From assembly GCF_009914755.1 (NCBI RefSeq), contig NC_060928.1: a stretch of DNA of 64,000 nt; one strand, given 5' to 3'. The notes beneath the pieces were generated by a model. It saw nothing but the letters and a program-made list of their open reading frames with translations. It ran no database searches and had not been told where the DNA came from. Shown one piece after another: positions 44,769 through 58,842 of this stretch; position 1 is the stretch's first letter, and every line of letters begins with the position of its first letter. Origin of the DNA: the human T2T-CHM13v2.0 reference genome, Homo sapiens. Both the position numbers and the translations under genes were made by a program.

Positions 44769-45577
44769 CACTTCAGCAAATTATGTCCCCAACAGCCTTC
44801 CTCACTAGAGGCACCACTGCCACTGCAGCATCCCAGCACAAGGAAGTAGGTGACGCATCTCCCAACAGGACACCCAGGTGCCCACACTGCCCTCTCCAAG
44901 GCCCAGATATGTTTGACCTCAAAGACCCATGTCTTTATCCACGAGGATGCTTTTAATGATAAAATGAGAATGCCTGACTATAAGTGGGCTAAACAAATAA
45001 GGGCTTTAAAAAATACCATTACAAGATCAGCGATAGATACATCGATATTTTACATGGAATCTTTCCCTTTTTAAATGTTAGCATGTAATTCAACTTTTTA
45101 AAACACAGTCTAGACCATGACCTGCTGGTCAAATATGACCTAAATCTTCAGGATGACAAGGCAGGGTGCGGGGGGATCCAGGTCCTACCTGCTCCTCTCC
45201 CAGGCTCACTGCTGCCCCCGACACCTCCAGCTCTCCTGTCTGATGCTGTTCACAGCCACCACCCAATGCCTGCACACGTTCAGTTCTGCCCACCTCCCTA
45301 GATTTCTTCTGATGGCTTCACACAGAGGCAATGATGATTGTAATAGCTCACATTTGGTGGATAGTTATCATGTGCTATCAATAATCTGTGCATTATCTCC
45401 TTTATACCTCACAATTAACCTATGAAGCAGATACTGTTGTTATTGTTCCCATGTTTAAAGAAACTAAGGCACAGAAAGACTCAGTAGCCTGTATCCAATG
45501 AAGAACAGCCTGCTACTGGTGGATCTGGGACTGAAACACAAGTAAGTCCGATTTCAACGCCCACACCTTTAACTGCT

Positions 45578-46070
45578 GTATCAATTAGGATGCTTTGGGT
45601 TGTAAAATCAGAACACCTGACTACAAGATTAAACAATTAAGCCTTTATTTTTTACCACATTATAATAAGACCACAGTTAGATGGTTGCAGGGTTAATTTA
45701 GCAGCTAAACATCTCTGACACCCCCTGTCAAATATGTTTCTTTAAGATCACCAAAAAAAGGCTGCAGCAGCTCCAAGTGTCAGGCCCTCAAATAGCTTCT
45801 CAATTTTACCCAACAGCAGAGGGTTTTGCCTCAGGTCTATCCCTTATCAGGCAGGGAAACCTTCCCCCAGAAACCCCACATTAGACATCAACTTATGATT
45901 CATTCTTGAAATGTGTCATGGGCCTAACCCTACATCAATCACTGGCAATGGAGACTAGGATTAGAATAACAAATTATGATTCAGTCTCTGAGGCTGGACA
46001 TGGCCACCTCTATTAGCAGAGAGGAGGAAGATCTGGCTGTGAGGTGGCCAGCCAACACTGTCTGCTCCAA
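45578..46070 (-). mobile_element. Old MLT1 (K/L-like) LTR
   Basis: tatcaattaggatgctttgggttgtaa...gccagccaacactgtctgc; subfamily and strand tentative. Confidence 0.45.
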
Positions 46071-47635
46071 CTACTGGCAGTGGTCCAATAAATTTTACAA
46101 AACCAACAAAAAGTAACAGGAACAGAATCAGAACAAGGGGGTTGTTCCCACCTAAATTATGAGGCAGGGATGAGTGCTAGTTCTCAAACAGAAATTTTCG
46201 TGAGCCAGAATGTCTCATTTCCTGAGAGTTGTAGGTAACTTAGGTGTTACTATAATCATGTGTACTTGATCACTGCATAGCATGATGTGGCACACAGGGG
46301 AGCTCAATAAATCTTGTTTAAAGACAGAGACCAACCTAAGGGGTTAAGCAAACTTTTCTTTCATGGCAGGATTCAGTAACCCGTGTCTACAGAAATAAGG
46401 AGAGATATTTATAAGGAGAGATATTTATAAAACACGAAACAGTGATGCATTGGTCTTATCTTTGCTAAGTTCATTCACTGTTTGGCCCCACACAAGGACT
46501 TAAAGATGTCTTGGCAGGTTAGTTCACCCCCAGCTTGTAGATCACAGGCTCAGAGCCCCAACTACATAACCAGCTGATTTTGTGCTTTTCTTTCCTTATG
46601 TATTAATTACAATGAAGGTCTTTAAAGACTCATTTCTCAACTGAAATTTTTTCACTTATTTTTTACCATATACTTTCCAAAAAGCTTCCCTGAAGTATTG
46701 AACAAGATGGTGCCTTATCTAACATTGCTCCCCTGTCGCCATCACATTAACCTTAAGGACTTATCGCCAGCTGGAATTGCCTCGTTCGCTGGTTTAATGA
46801 TCCATGAGAACTAGGACTTGTCTGCCTTTTTCATTGCCATACCCCCAGTGACAAGGACAATACCTGCCCAGAGTGGTCTGCAGTACATGCTTGATAAATG
46901 AATGAATAAATCCTTAAGTTAAACAGTGTCTAGGGGCAGAATATAAACATGTCTTAAGACAACACCGGTTTTGCCAGTGATTTTAAGGTTTTGTATGCTA
47001 CTCTGGTTCATGCCTCTGATAAATCAATTAGAAAACAAGAATTCTCCCATTCACTTGAAAATATTACTGTCTTTTCTGCATAACCCTTTTAATTGCATGT
47101 GCTTATTGAATTAATAAGATTGCATTCAGTCAAGGCAGACTCTGGGGATGTTTTCAAATGCTTTGAATTTCCCACACAGACAATGCCTACCTGCTTTTCT
47201 CCCTAAATCTTACCAAGCTGGGGAATAAGTTTCATATCTGAGAGCCAGAGGTAGCCCAAGAGAATATTCTTTCTATCTCAGGTCTTTGTCACTTTAGGAA
47301 TGTTAGGGAAACATATCTTTATTTCTCCTGCACTCCAGTTCACCTTCATTCCAACAGAGAACAAAATCTTTCTATTTATTTTCCAAGTGACTTCTCATGG
47401 TGTGAAAATGTCTCACAATGAAAAGTGAAGTAAGGAAAAAAAGAGAATAAGAAGAGTTATCGTGAATGTGAATGAGAAAATTATGATTTTTATTGTTCTC
47501 TCTGTTCTGAAATGGGAAGATATAATCCTGGGAACTGACCTCTCTTCATCCCACTCTCTCTGGAATGTGCTTTGCAAGAGCATATGACAGTAAGACCTGG
47601 TTCTGGTCTTTTTATCCTATTGTTCACACAACTAA

Positions 47636-48034
47636 GGATATGGTTTAGATATATGTCCCCATCCAAATGTCATGTTGAAACGTAATCTCCAATGTTGAAA
47701 GCGGGGCCTGGTGGAAGGTGTCCGGATCATAGGCACGGATCCCCTTGGTGATAAATGAGCTCTTGCTCTGAGTTCACAGGCGATCTGGTGGTTTAAAAGT
47801 GTGCGGCACCTCCCACCCACTCTCTCTCGCTTGCTCCTGCTTTCGCCATATGACATGCTTGTCGCTGCTTCGCCTTCTGCCCTGACTGTAAACTTTCTAA
47901 GGCTTCATCAGAAGCCAAGCAGATGCCCGGTGCGATGCTTCCTGTACAACCTGCAGAACTGTGAGCCAATTAAACCGCTTTTCCTTATAAATTACCCAGT
48001 CTCAGGTACAGCAATGCAAGAATGGACAAATACA
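47636..48034 (+). mobile_element. MST (MSTA-like) MaLR solo LTR
   Basis: gatatggtttagat...ccaaatgtcatgttgaaacgtaatc...cctgcagaactgtgagccaattaaacc...gcaatgcaagaatggacaaataca. Confidence 0.88.
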
Positions 48035-48419
48035 ACCACTAACAGAAAAACCCTATCAGAAACTCAAAGTCAAGAGTAAGTGCATCAGACTGTATTCCTG
48101 CATGGCAAGATAAATCTATGAAAACAGTAAAAATGACTAACTGTGCTGCCACACAAGAACTGCGGAAGAATGTTTTGGCTACTATTATTCCTTAATAGGA
48201 ATAATATGTATACGGCACATTTCTTTTCTTTTAGAAGTTGTTGTCAGCATATATTTATGTCCTTTAATTTATTCTTCCCTTACAAATTATTCTTTTCTGG
48301 TATTATTTTCAGAAAGAATTTGCTGAAGAACTTACTTACCATTTGCCTCTCTTCACTTCATTTTTACTATTGCTTTCTGTACTAACTGGATGATAATGAA
48401 TGTGATGTTAAAAGTACAA

Positions 48420-48870
48420 TCACCATTTACTTAGCATTTTAATTTGTTCCAGACCCTATTTGTTAAGTCCTCACACCTACCTTTGAAGGTGAGGGATCAT
48501 TAGCTCCATTTTACAGAGGTGGAAACCACAGTTCAAAAGGTTGAATTGTTGCCCAAGGACACACAGTCAGAAGCTTCAGTACCTGGATTTGAATCTAGAG
48601 ACTGCGGCTGGAAGCCTCACCCTCTCCAGGACACCGAGCTCAGGCCCAGGATGATGCTTCCATTACAGAGCGTCACTATGTGCCAATCTGGGGCCCAGCC
48701 CTTGAGCTAAATTATTTTATTTATTCTTCAAAACAAACTTACAAGGTGGGTGTTACCACTCCCATTTAGCCACAAGAAAACTGAGCACAGGAAGTTAAGT
48801 AACTTGATTAAGGTTACAGAACTAGTAAGGGCAAACTACAAAGTAAACTCTGGCTCATCAGCTTGAAAGC
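48420..48870 (-). mobile_element. Two MIR fragments
   Basis: ccattttacagaggtggaaacc...ttgcccaaggacacacag; gaaaactgagcacaggaagttaagtaacttg. Confidence 0.65.
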
Positions 48871-49048
48871 CCCTTCTCAGGGCCCCTGGCAGAACATGCA
48901 CAGGTGTCAAGAAGAGCAGTCCTCCCTGCCTCGCAGCAATGCTTTGCTAAAACAGGATTTACAATAGTCATAAGAACATGACATAATATTTACCAAGTAA
49001 GACTCTACGGAGTCCCAGCCCTAAGTCCCCTTATCCCCTTGATAAGGC

Positions 49049-49050
<2 letters not shown>

Positions 49051-49096
<46 letters not shown>
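49051..49096. repeat. (TG)23 microsatellite
   Basis: Direct reading; uninterrupted. Confidence 0.97.
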
Positions 49097-49099
<3 letters not shown>

Positions 49100-49584
49100 A
49101 TATAAAATGAGGATACTCTTAGATACTGAAGAAGACTGGATTGTCTGTAGTTACTTTTAGAGTCACTGAACATAATGCTTCTCATTTTTAAAACCAAAAC
49201 CACTAATAATATCTTAATTTTAAAGCCAAACACTCTTTGCTGGTCCATTCTATAACCAATTACATGACTGTTTCCAGAGAAAACCTTTCACATGTCTTAG
49301 TTTAGATTCTTCAAACTCTCCCAGTTTACCAAGCAGAATAATAACGAGAACTAAATGGAAATTAGGGTCCAGCACAGTATTGGGCAAAATTGAATATTTA
49401 TAGAACGGTTAAATAAGCCACAGATGAAATATCAAGTTGTCAATGTAATTTATATAACTTTTATTTTTATATAATTTCACATGTACAGAAAAATACCCAT
49501 ATACCTTTACCCAAATAGCTACCACCAAGAAATCTCTGTTGTAACATTTCAATCGCCATTCCCTCTGAAATAATAACAAAGCAC

Positions 49585-49590
49585 TTTATT
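49585..49590 (-). terminator. MANBA proximal candidate polyA signal (AATAAA on -)
   Basis: tttatt on + ~410 nt past the stop; other candidates at 49460-49465 and 48716-48725. Confidence 0.55.
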
Positions 49591-50000
49591 TGAGTATTCC
49601 GTATTCCCCAAAGCTAGCTGTGAAAGACCTACATCACCTCAAAACCTTCCATTTGGTTCCATAGATCCTGCCATGTCACATTCTTGTAACCAGCTGCAGG
49701 GCCATCTTGTTATAACTGGTTCATGTCCTGCTAAAGCTGAGAGGTGAAGGGCTAAAAACACAGTCCTGGCACAGATTCCAGGACACCCCGGCACAGGCTT
49801 GTTTGAGGACATTGCCTGGGTAAACAGCCTCCCCTGAAAGTGTTCAGTGTACAACTCTTCACAGAGCAATCGCTCAAATGCGTGGCAGCACGCAGACATG
49901 TCTCTCGGCTTCTCTCCTTGTCTCTGTTGCCTTCCTCTCCAGTCGGTGCTTTAGAAATGCTTTATTCCCATTGTCCACTGAAAATACAACCTAGATTCCT

Positions 50001-50369
<369 letters not shown>

Positions 50370-52614
50370 TCAAACACAAAACAATACATGGAAAATGACT
50401 ACAGGCTATGGAACGTTACCAAATTATAATCACAAATCAAGGAAATACATCGTCTCCAATCATTAAGGAGAATATTTCACAAGAAGCTCAAAGCTTTACA
50501 TCTTTTACAGTTTTTCTCAGAGTATCATCAAGAGAGCAACATTTTTACATACAGCCTGGGTGGTTTTAATGACTTTCTAAGGATATATCTGGACCTAGCT
50601 ACAGAGCCCAACTGTGGAGCTTACATTCAAGTCTCCTGAAAAGATCCAGCAATCTAGAAAGTCCACTGCCAGAAATTTACAAAAGCTCTACCATTAGAGC
50701 TTATCTCTTTTACTGCATAGTTAAGTAAAGTCACATTATTAGCATTTTTTTTACATGTGTGAATTCCACAAAATAGCAGCAAAAAGAGACAGTGCAATTT
50801 AAATCGTGTTGGCTCCATTCCTCTTAAGTAGCCGAATAGCATATGCCCAGAGTGAGGATGCGCTGCTCCCCAGAGTGGGAGGGTTTGCAAACCTCTCTTT
50901 GTGTGAGCACGGAGCTGAGTGCAACCTGGTTTCTTAATCTGTGCATTTGTCATGCAACATCTCAGTCTTACATTATATGTTATGTGTGACATAAAGAATT
51001 TCAAAGGGCCATTTTCACTATATATAATTTAGCCTTACATATTTGTGTAATATGTTATCATTCAGGGTTCTGAGTTATACACAAGGAAACCTATATTGAT
51101 AGAAGCAGAAAAGAAGCTTAATAAAGCGTATCAGGTTGCTCTTCAGGATCAGAGACTCAGGCTTGAATTTGGATGGCAAATTCCCAGATCGCACCGCCCA
51201 GCTGTTCCAGTGAAGGTCCTAAAGCAGCCACAGGAACAAGGTTCATGCGGCTCATGCCAGCCTGCCCAGGAAGCTGCCAGGGTAGCATCAGCTTCTGCTG
51301 CTCCAAGACCAAGGCCGAAAGAGATGCTGGTGTCATGCTTATGCTGGTTATCTTCGTTGGATTGGAAATCTCCTCTCTGTATGTCTGACTGCAGAGCCTG
51401 GGATTCAAGCTTGCACCCTGGCTTCAGGGAGACAGGGAGAACAAGTTTCTGGCATCTCCCTTGAGAAAAGAAGCCAAATACCTAGTCTATATTAGCCCCG
51501 AATTAAACATTAACTAACAGTATTATTACTATCATTTTATCTCTTTAAGAAGGACAAGTCTCACTGAAATCAAAATGAGATAGAACAAAGAAAGAGCCCT
51601 GCTTTTCTCCCACCCCAATTACCCACCTCAAGGTAATGAAGGCCTAACTCAGGAAAGAAAAAAATTTGGTTTTCAAAATCATAAGTTTAGAGACTGAAAA
51701 TTCATCCAGTACATAGTGGTTTTTTTTTTCTTTTTTGGAAAAAAATATATGTAAGACTGTCATTTTCTTCTGTTCTCTATTAGTTGTTACAGATAACTTG
51801 GATTTTATTATGTGACTATAGAAAGAAGGTATGTTTTCAGTTGTTAGGCTCTTTCAAATAAAACACAAGAATTAGGTGTTTTTATATGATTATTTCTAAA
51901 TTAAATGTAGAAAATCCCTTTCTATGAAGTAAAAGTGTAAAACAAATTTAAAATTTTCTAAAAACAGAGAATGTAACTTTCTAGAAAGATATTTCCTGAG
52001 TGTCCAGAAGATAAGATAATAAAATTAAAAACATATATGTGTACATATATTTCCAACTGCTATGTGTAGGGGAGAAGGAAGGAAAGGTTTTCAACCTACT
52101 AGACAAATTCCAAATTCTCCAGCTGCACAATTTTTATAACAACACATCCTGATCATCCCATTTTTATATCTTGGCAATTATAAAAAGATTTGGTGATTGA
52201 GCTACTTTGAAGCAATAAATCAAAGAGACTAGAGTGAATATTAATAGACTCTACTTAAAATTAGACTGCGTCAGCTGGGCTCCAATGCTTCCCAGCTACA
52301 GGACCTCGAGCTCATCACTTAACCTCCTAAACTGGCTTCCAAACTTACAAAATGCAGATGATAATGCCTGGAGCTGTGGTGAAAGTCAGAGACTATGAGG
52401 TGAAGCACCTAGAACACAGCCTGGAACCTAGTGGGCATGCAGGCAGTGGTGATGACTCGAGCTTCCTCTCCCATCACTGCACCTGCCCACTAAGGAGGGG
52501 TGATGGGACAAACGAGTAGTGGTCACCAGCAACTCTGACAAATCCTGGATTCGAAATAGAAATCATTTGGTGTTTGCTTTTAGTGGGAAGAGGCCAATCT
52601 TCCCCCAGGCCTCA

Positions 52615-53040
<426 letters not shown>

Positions 53041-53074
53041 TTAAGGAACAATAGTAGTAATAATTGCTGAAAGT

Positions 53075-53300
53075 CAGGTTAGCAGAAATGGTTAAGAGAC
53101 TATGAAACCTGAGTTTTAATCCCAGTCCTGCAAAATACTAGCTATGTGACTAAGTAACTTCTCAGTCTTCATTTCTTCATATGTAGAATGAAAATAACAG
53201 CAGTAATGTCACAGGCTGTTGTGAGAATTTAAAAAATAATCCACGGAAGGCACAGTACCTGGTGCGTTGTAATTTTTCTGTAAATGTGACCTATTTTCAG
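53075..53300 (+). mobile_element. MIR SINE
   Basis: aacctgagttttaatcccag...ctagctatgtgac...gctgttgtgagaattta. Confidence 0.7.
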
Positions 53301-53763
53301 TGTTATTAGTGTCCTCCAAACTATAGCCACCTAAGACTTTGAGTTTCTAGCCTTTCTTTTTACTTAAATTTGTTTTTTAAAACAAATTTGCTTTCCACAT
53401 GCGCATTCTGAATAGTTTTACTGATTTTCACTATAACATGCCATTTTTAACCATTTCTTTTTATAAAGTTTGGACTATTTCCAGCCTCTCACAATTATAA
53501 ATAACCTTGCATTTAAGGGGCACATTATAGCATATGTGATTTGCTTTCATCTAGTTATTTTATTTCCTACTCATAGAAATCCTGTAAGAAGAGAGACTGG
53601 TATCATTTTACTGAGAAGAAATTGAATCAACAAGATGTGAAGGGTTTTGCTTATGGTCACATGATTAATGGCAGGGTTGTAGCCTGAATATATGTATTCT
53701 AACTCTAAATTAATTTCTCTTTTATTTTCCCAAAAGAATGTAACCAAACAACTAAAGAAATCA

Positions 53764-53961
<198 letters not shown>

Positions 53962-54189
53962 TCAAGAGTGTCAGGAGACGGCAAGGTCAAGTAGTCAGAG
54001 AGGCACTGTCCAATGGCCCAGCTGTTTGTGGCTCATCGGGGTTCTAAGGGAGTGAGCATGTGAGGGAGAGTCAACAGTGGAGGGCACCCATGTTTGTGAA
54101 GCGCTCTGAGCACTCTGGACATTATGTCATGTCACCCTCACAACATCTGGGCAGGCACTAACGAACCAGGGCAGGCATTAACGAACCAT

Positions 54190-54449
54190 GCTGTTAGGCA
54201 ATTTCATCATTGTGTGATCATAGAGTGTACTTAAACAAACCAAGATGGTATAGCCTACTACACACCTAGACTATATGGTATAGCCTGTTGCTCCAGGCTA
54301 CTAACCTGTACAGCATATTGCTGTGCTGAATACTGTAGGTAATTCTAATCATAGAAATGGGACAGTGAAAATACAGTATTATAATCTCATGGGACCACCA
54401 TCATATATGAACTGTGTTGTTGACTGAAATGTTATACGGTGCATGACTG
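54190..54449 (+). mobile_element. Tigger3/Golem-family non-autonomous element (partial)
   Basis: gatggtatagcctactacacacctag...gttgactgaaatgttatacggtgcatgactg|TA terminal repeat. Confidence 0.75.
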
Positions 54450-54793
54450 TATATAATAACTTATAGATTCTAGGTAGCTATTGATTGCTTTAATATATAA
54501 CCATTTCGGGTGATAAGAGATAACAAATACCTCCCCTACTGCACGCACTAGAAGCAGTGGATTTATTGAGCCAATCAACATGGGGCTGTGAGGCCCCCAG
54601 AGCAGAAGCAGATATAGAAAACTTGTCACAGCTTCTCCCGGATAACCTTTTTGTCTAATAAGTACAAGGAGCTGGTGATCCTCCTCAGGCAGGCAGGATC
54701 CTGCCAGGGTTTAGAAAACAGCCAAGCTCTGGTACTTGGGTTTTCCTACTGTAATATTATTATATATACATATATAATTTTTCTTCTACAGTT

Positions 54794-55159
54794 AGATATG
54801 GTTTGGCTGTGCCCCTACCCAAATCTCATCTTGAATTGTAGCTCCCACAATTCCCATGTGTTGTAGGAGGGACCTGGTAGGAGGTAACTGAACCATGGGG
54901 GCAGGTCTTTCCTATGCTGTTCTTGTGATAGTGAATAAGTCTCACGAGATCTGATCGTTTTATAAAGAAGGAGTTTCCTGCACAAGTCCTCTCTTACCCA
55001 CTGCCATGTAAGAAGTCCCTTTGCTCTTCCTTCGTCTTCTGCCATGATTGTGAGGTCTTCCCAGCCATGTGGAACTGTGAGTCCATTAAACCTCTTTTTC
55101 TTTACAAATTACCAGTCTCAGGTATGTCTTCATCAGCAGCATGAGAACAGACTAATACA
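54794..55159 (+). mobile_element. THE1B-like solo LTR in MANBA intron 14 (antisense to MANBA)
   Basis: gatatggtttggctgtg...aaatctcatcttgaattgtagctccc...gaacagactaataca; TATAAA at 54961. Confidence 0.92.
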
Positions 55160-55199
55160 GGTTCCTAGCTCACAACTACCATAGCCCTTGTTACAGACT

Positions 55200-56430
55200 C
55201 TTGTTATAATGTTGAGAAGCTTTAGGACTCAAAAGCAGGCCTCAGAAAACAGAATCTATCTCTCTGATCTCCTTCCCTCCTTTCACCAGCCCAAGGCAGG
55301 TCTCTAATCCGATTGTGGGTCATAAGACACTCATTCAGAAGGTGTCCTGCCTCATACCCTGGAGGAGGAAATGCTTCACAGAGAGGCCAAGAAGCTGAAT
55401 GGACAGGCCTTGCTGTGTTTCCCCACTCAGTCTAATGGTATTAGATCATACCCGCTTTGTCCAATCACATTTCTACATGGTTATCAATCATGGCTGTCCA
55501 ATGAAGTCTCCCTATAACGCCCAAGAGGACAGAGTTCAAAGAACTTCCACATAGCTGACCATGTGAAGGCTGACAGAAAGAGGAACAAGTATTCATCTAC
55601 ATGCCTGGAGGGTGGCACACCCCAGCCTCACAGGGATAAAGTTCCTGCACTCAGGACCCTTCCAGACTTCACCCCATATATCTCTTCATACGGCTGTTTA
55701 TTTGTGTCTTTTAAAACATCCTCTGTAATACAGCAGTTAGAATGTTTCCTTGAGTTCTGTGAGCCATTCCAGCAAATTAAACCCAAAGAAGGGGTCATGG
55801 GAACCCCAGCTTGAAGCTGGTCAGTCAGAAGTTCTAGAGGCCCAGACTTGCGACTGCTGTCTAAAGAGGGAAGGCAGCTTTGTGGAACTGAGTTCTCAAC
55901 CTATGGAATCTGATGCAATCTGCAGGTAGATAGTGTCAGACTTAAATTGGAGGGCACTCGCATGGTGTCCACTGCAGAAGTGATTGCTTGCTTGGTGTGT
56001 GGGGGAAGTTTCCCATATATTTGGTCACAGAAGTCTTCTGTGTGGATTGTTGTTGTGGAGTGAGGGAATTAACAAAGCACTTTTAGGCCAGGTGCGGTGG
56101 CTCATGCCTGTAATCCCAACACTTTGGGAAGCTGAGGAGGGTAGACTGCTTCAGACCAGGTGTTCAAGACCAGCCTGGGCAACATGGCAAAACCCTGTCT
56201 CCAGAAAAAAAATACAAAAATGAGCCAGGCATGGTGGTATGCAGCTATAGACCCAGGTACTCAGGAAGTTGAGGTGGGAGGAAGGCTTGAGCCTGTGGGG
56301 TGGAGGCTACAGTGAGCCATGATTGCACCACTGCACTCCAGCCTGGGCAAAAGCAGAGTGAGACCATCTCAACAAAAAAACAAAACAAAACAAAAAACCA
56401 CTTAGAGTTTGAGTGTCTTGTTTCCCACAG
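55200..56430 (+). mobile_element. MER21-type LTR interrupted by an Alu
   Basis: tgtttccttgagttctgtgagcc...agcaaattaaacccaaagaaggggtcatgggaaccc; boundaries approximate. Confidence 0.6.
56087..56398 (+). mobile_element. AluJ-type element
   Basis: ggccaggtgcggtggctcatgcc...cagcctgggcaacatggcaaaaccc...gaggctacagtgagccatgattg; (AAAAC)n tail. Confidence 0.9.
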
Positions 56431-56821
56431 ACCTACTCTTCCTGAGGAACTCAGGAATAATCTGCATGGGATCACTTAAAGGAATATTTACAAAAATTGG
56501 GCTCTCCCATTTCTTGAATCGAACTCAGTTTCAGTCCACAACCTCATCCACAGACAGAAAGCAGGATCAGTATCCAAGAGTCTCTGAACAGTTATCTCTT
56601 TGCCTACCTTTCCAGCATCCCAGAAGGATTTTCCCCCCAATTCTACCCCTGATTCTCATTCAATGCTCTCTTATCTGGTTGGTGCTGATAAAGAGTTTGG
56701 TCAGAGAAATTTGATTAGAAATCCAATTCTCTGTAAGAGTCATCCATCTGGCACTAATGAAAACATGTTTGGAATGAATTTCTTTTGATCTGCATTCACA
56801 GCCAGTTTAAGAGCCTCACCC

Positions 56822-56872
56822 CTGCACTCTAGCCTGGGTGTCAGAACAAGACTCTGTCTCAAAAAAAACAAA
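56822..56872 (+). mobile_element. Extremely 5'-truncated Alu
   Basis: ctgcactctagcctgggtgtcagaacaagactctgtctc + A tail; TSD aaga(g/a)cctcaccc. Confidence 0.8.
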
Positions 56873-57597
56873 AAGAACCTCACCCAACCTTTCTACTTTG
56901 TGGCCTTGCCTCGTTTTTGACCCCAAACTATTCTTTACATTATTAACTGAACTTTGTTTCAAGTCATCTCTAGTGAAGGGCAAAGACTATTATTCCTTAA
57001 TTTTTTTTAATGTACCAGAATAGATGGGATAATTCGAACTGCAGGTTCCATGCCAGTCATCTCACCTGTTGCTAGTTGAACTGTTTCAACTGGTCACCTT
57101 TCCCATTCGGGATTCTGCCTCTACTAGCTTTTCCCCAAGAGCTAAACAGGGCATAATAAAGATGGCCTTAAGAGACATCTTCATTATGTCCTTAAAGGAC
57201 ATCTTTATTTGTCCTTAAAGGTGAATCAGAGAAAGGGAAACTTTAACACATAAGCGGGCCAAACTTCTACCTGATTGAATTCTCCAACACAGAAGAAGGG
57301 ATGCTTAAGTTCATGCTTCTTTAGCCCTGGAATGCCCTCTTAAATAAATTCAAAATTCTATGCGTAATAACAAGACACATGGCTGAGACTTTTGTATAGG
57401 AATCTATCCCATGCTTAGCCTGCTGTTGCAACTTTGCACAGCACAGAACCCATAATTAGGTTGACCCTAAGGCTCATGGAAAGGCTACTAAGGTGAGTTG
57501 GGTGGCTGTAGTTCCTAGGCAGGCTTTTTAAAGAATGACTCTTTTGGTCATAGTTCTGCCTGGGCTAATCTGACCCCTCCAGCACTGTGCTTTCTCA

Positions 57598-57831
<234 letters not shown>

Positions 57832-58842
57832 TTATTGTTTGATGTAGACTGCCTAGATCTGAGAAAAATACAGGGTTTAGTTTTGTTTTGGGTTTTTTCT
57901 TTTTGGAGCAATTTGGATAAAATTAGGGAATTTAATTAGTATTAGGAATACATTATACTAGATCTGTAACTAGCCCCTTAGCATGAGAGAAGCTGTTGTC
58001 TGTAACAGTGGGTTTGTCTGGTAGACTTGGTGTTTCATTATGGTGACAATGGAAATAGGATGGTGTAAAAGGTTCTCTGCTAATGATAGTGTAGGCCGTA
58101 AAGAAAAACAAAGACTACTATTCCAGAGCAAATGCTATATATAGTCCAAAACTAGATTATTTTCACTGAAAAATTTTGCTAATACCTTCATAGCTATTTT
58201 TAAGAAAAACTTTTACTAGAAAAAATTCTATAAGAAAAATAACATTGTTATTATGAGTCTGATATTATCCAATCCCTAATTATTTTTTCTAGTCAAACAA
58301 TTGTTTTGATGTCATGATTTTTGGTAATGTAAGATTTCTCATGAATGCAATTCCTTCGTTGTAGCAGAACAGATGGCAAATTGCAGCAATGAGACAAATG
58401 AATTTAGTTCTTGTTTAAGAGACACTAAAGAACTTCACACAGGACCCTTGATTACCGACACCATCATGGAAAAATCAGTCTCTTTTATCGCTGCCATTAC
58501 CGACACATATGAATCACATGCTCTTAGCCTGGAGTTGTGCTGAGGAGGGGCTCATGAATGGACCACTGAGGAGAACCCAGAGATGGTCAGAGCAGCGAGG
58601 ATTTCAGAGAACAAGAAGGCCTTAGAATAGGGCTGGGGTTTTCACAGAGGAATAAAAAGAATGGTGCATATGGCCACCAAAAGACTAAGTCGAGACGCTT
58701 TCCCATAAAAGCAAAAAAGCTCAGATAAAGGTAGAACCTTTAAATAGAGGAAGGCTGACCAGTAAGGAAGTCATAGATGAGGTTATGACTTACATGAGTC
58801 ACAGCCATCAAATTCCAGAACGGAAGCCAGAAGAAATTGTGG

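Noticed and set aside
56001-56014. kB-like gggggaagtttccc
   Set aside because: Does not fit 10-bp GGGRNNYYCC on either strand
57160-57222. Quasi-palindromic gtccttaaaggac repeats
   Set aside because: Short and degenerate; no supportable function
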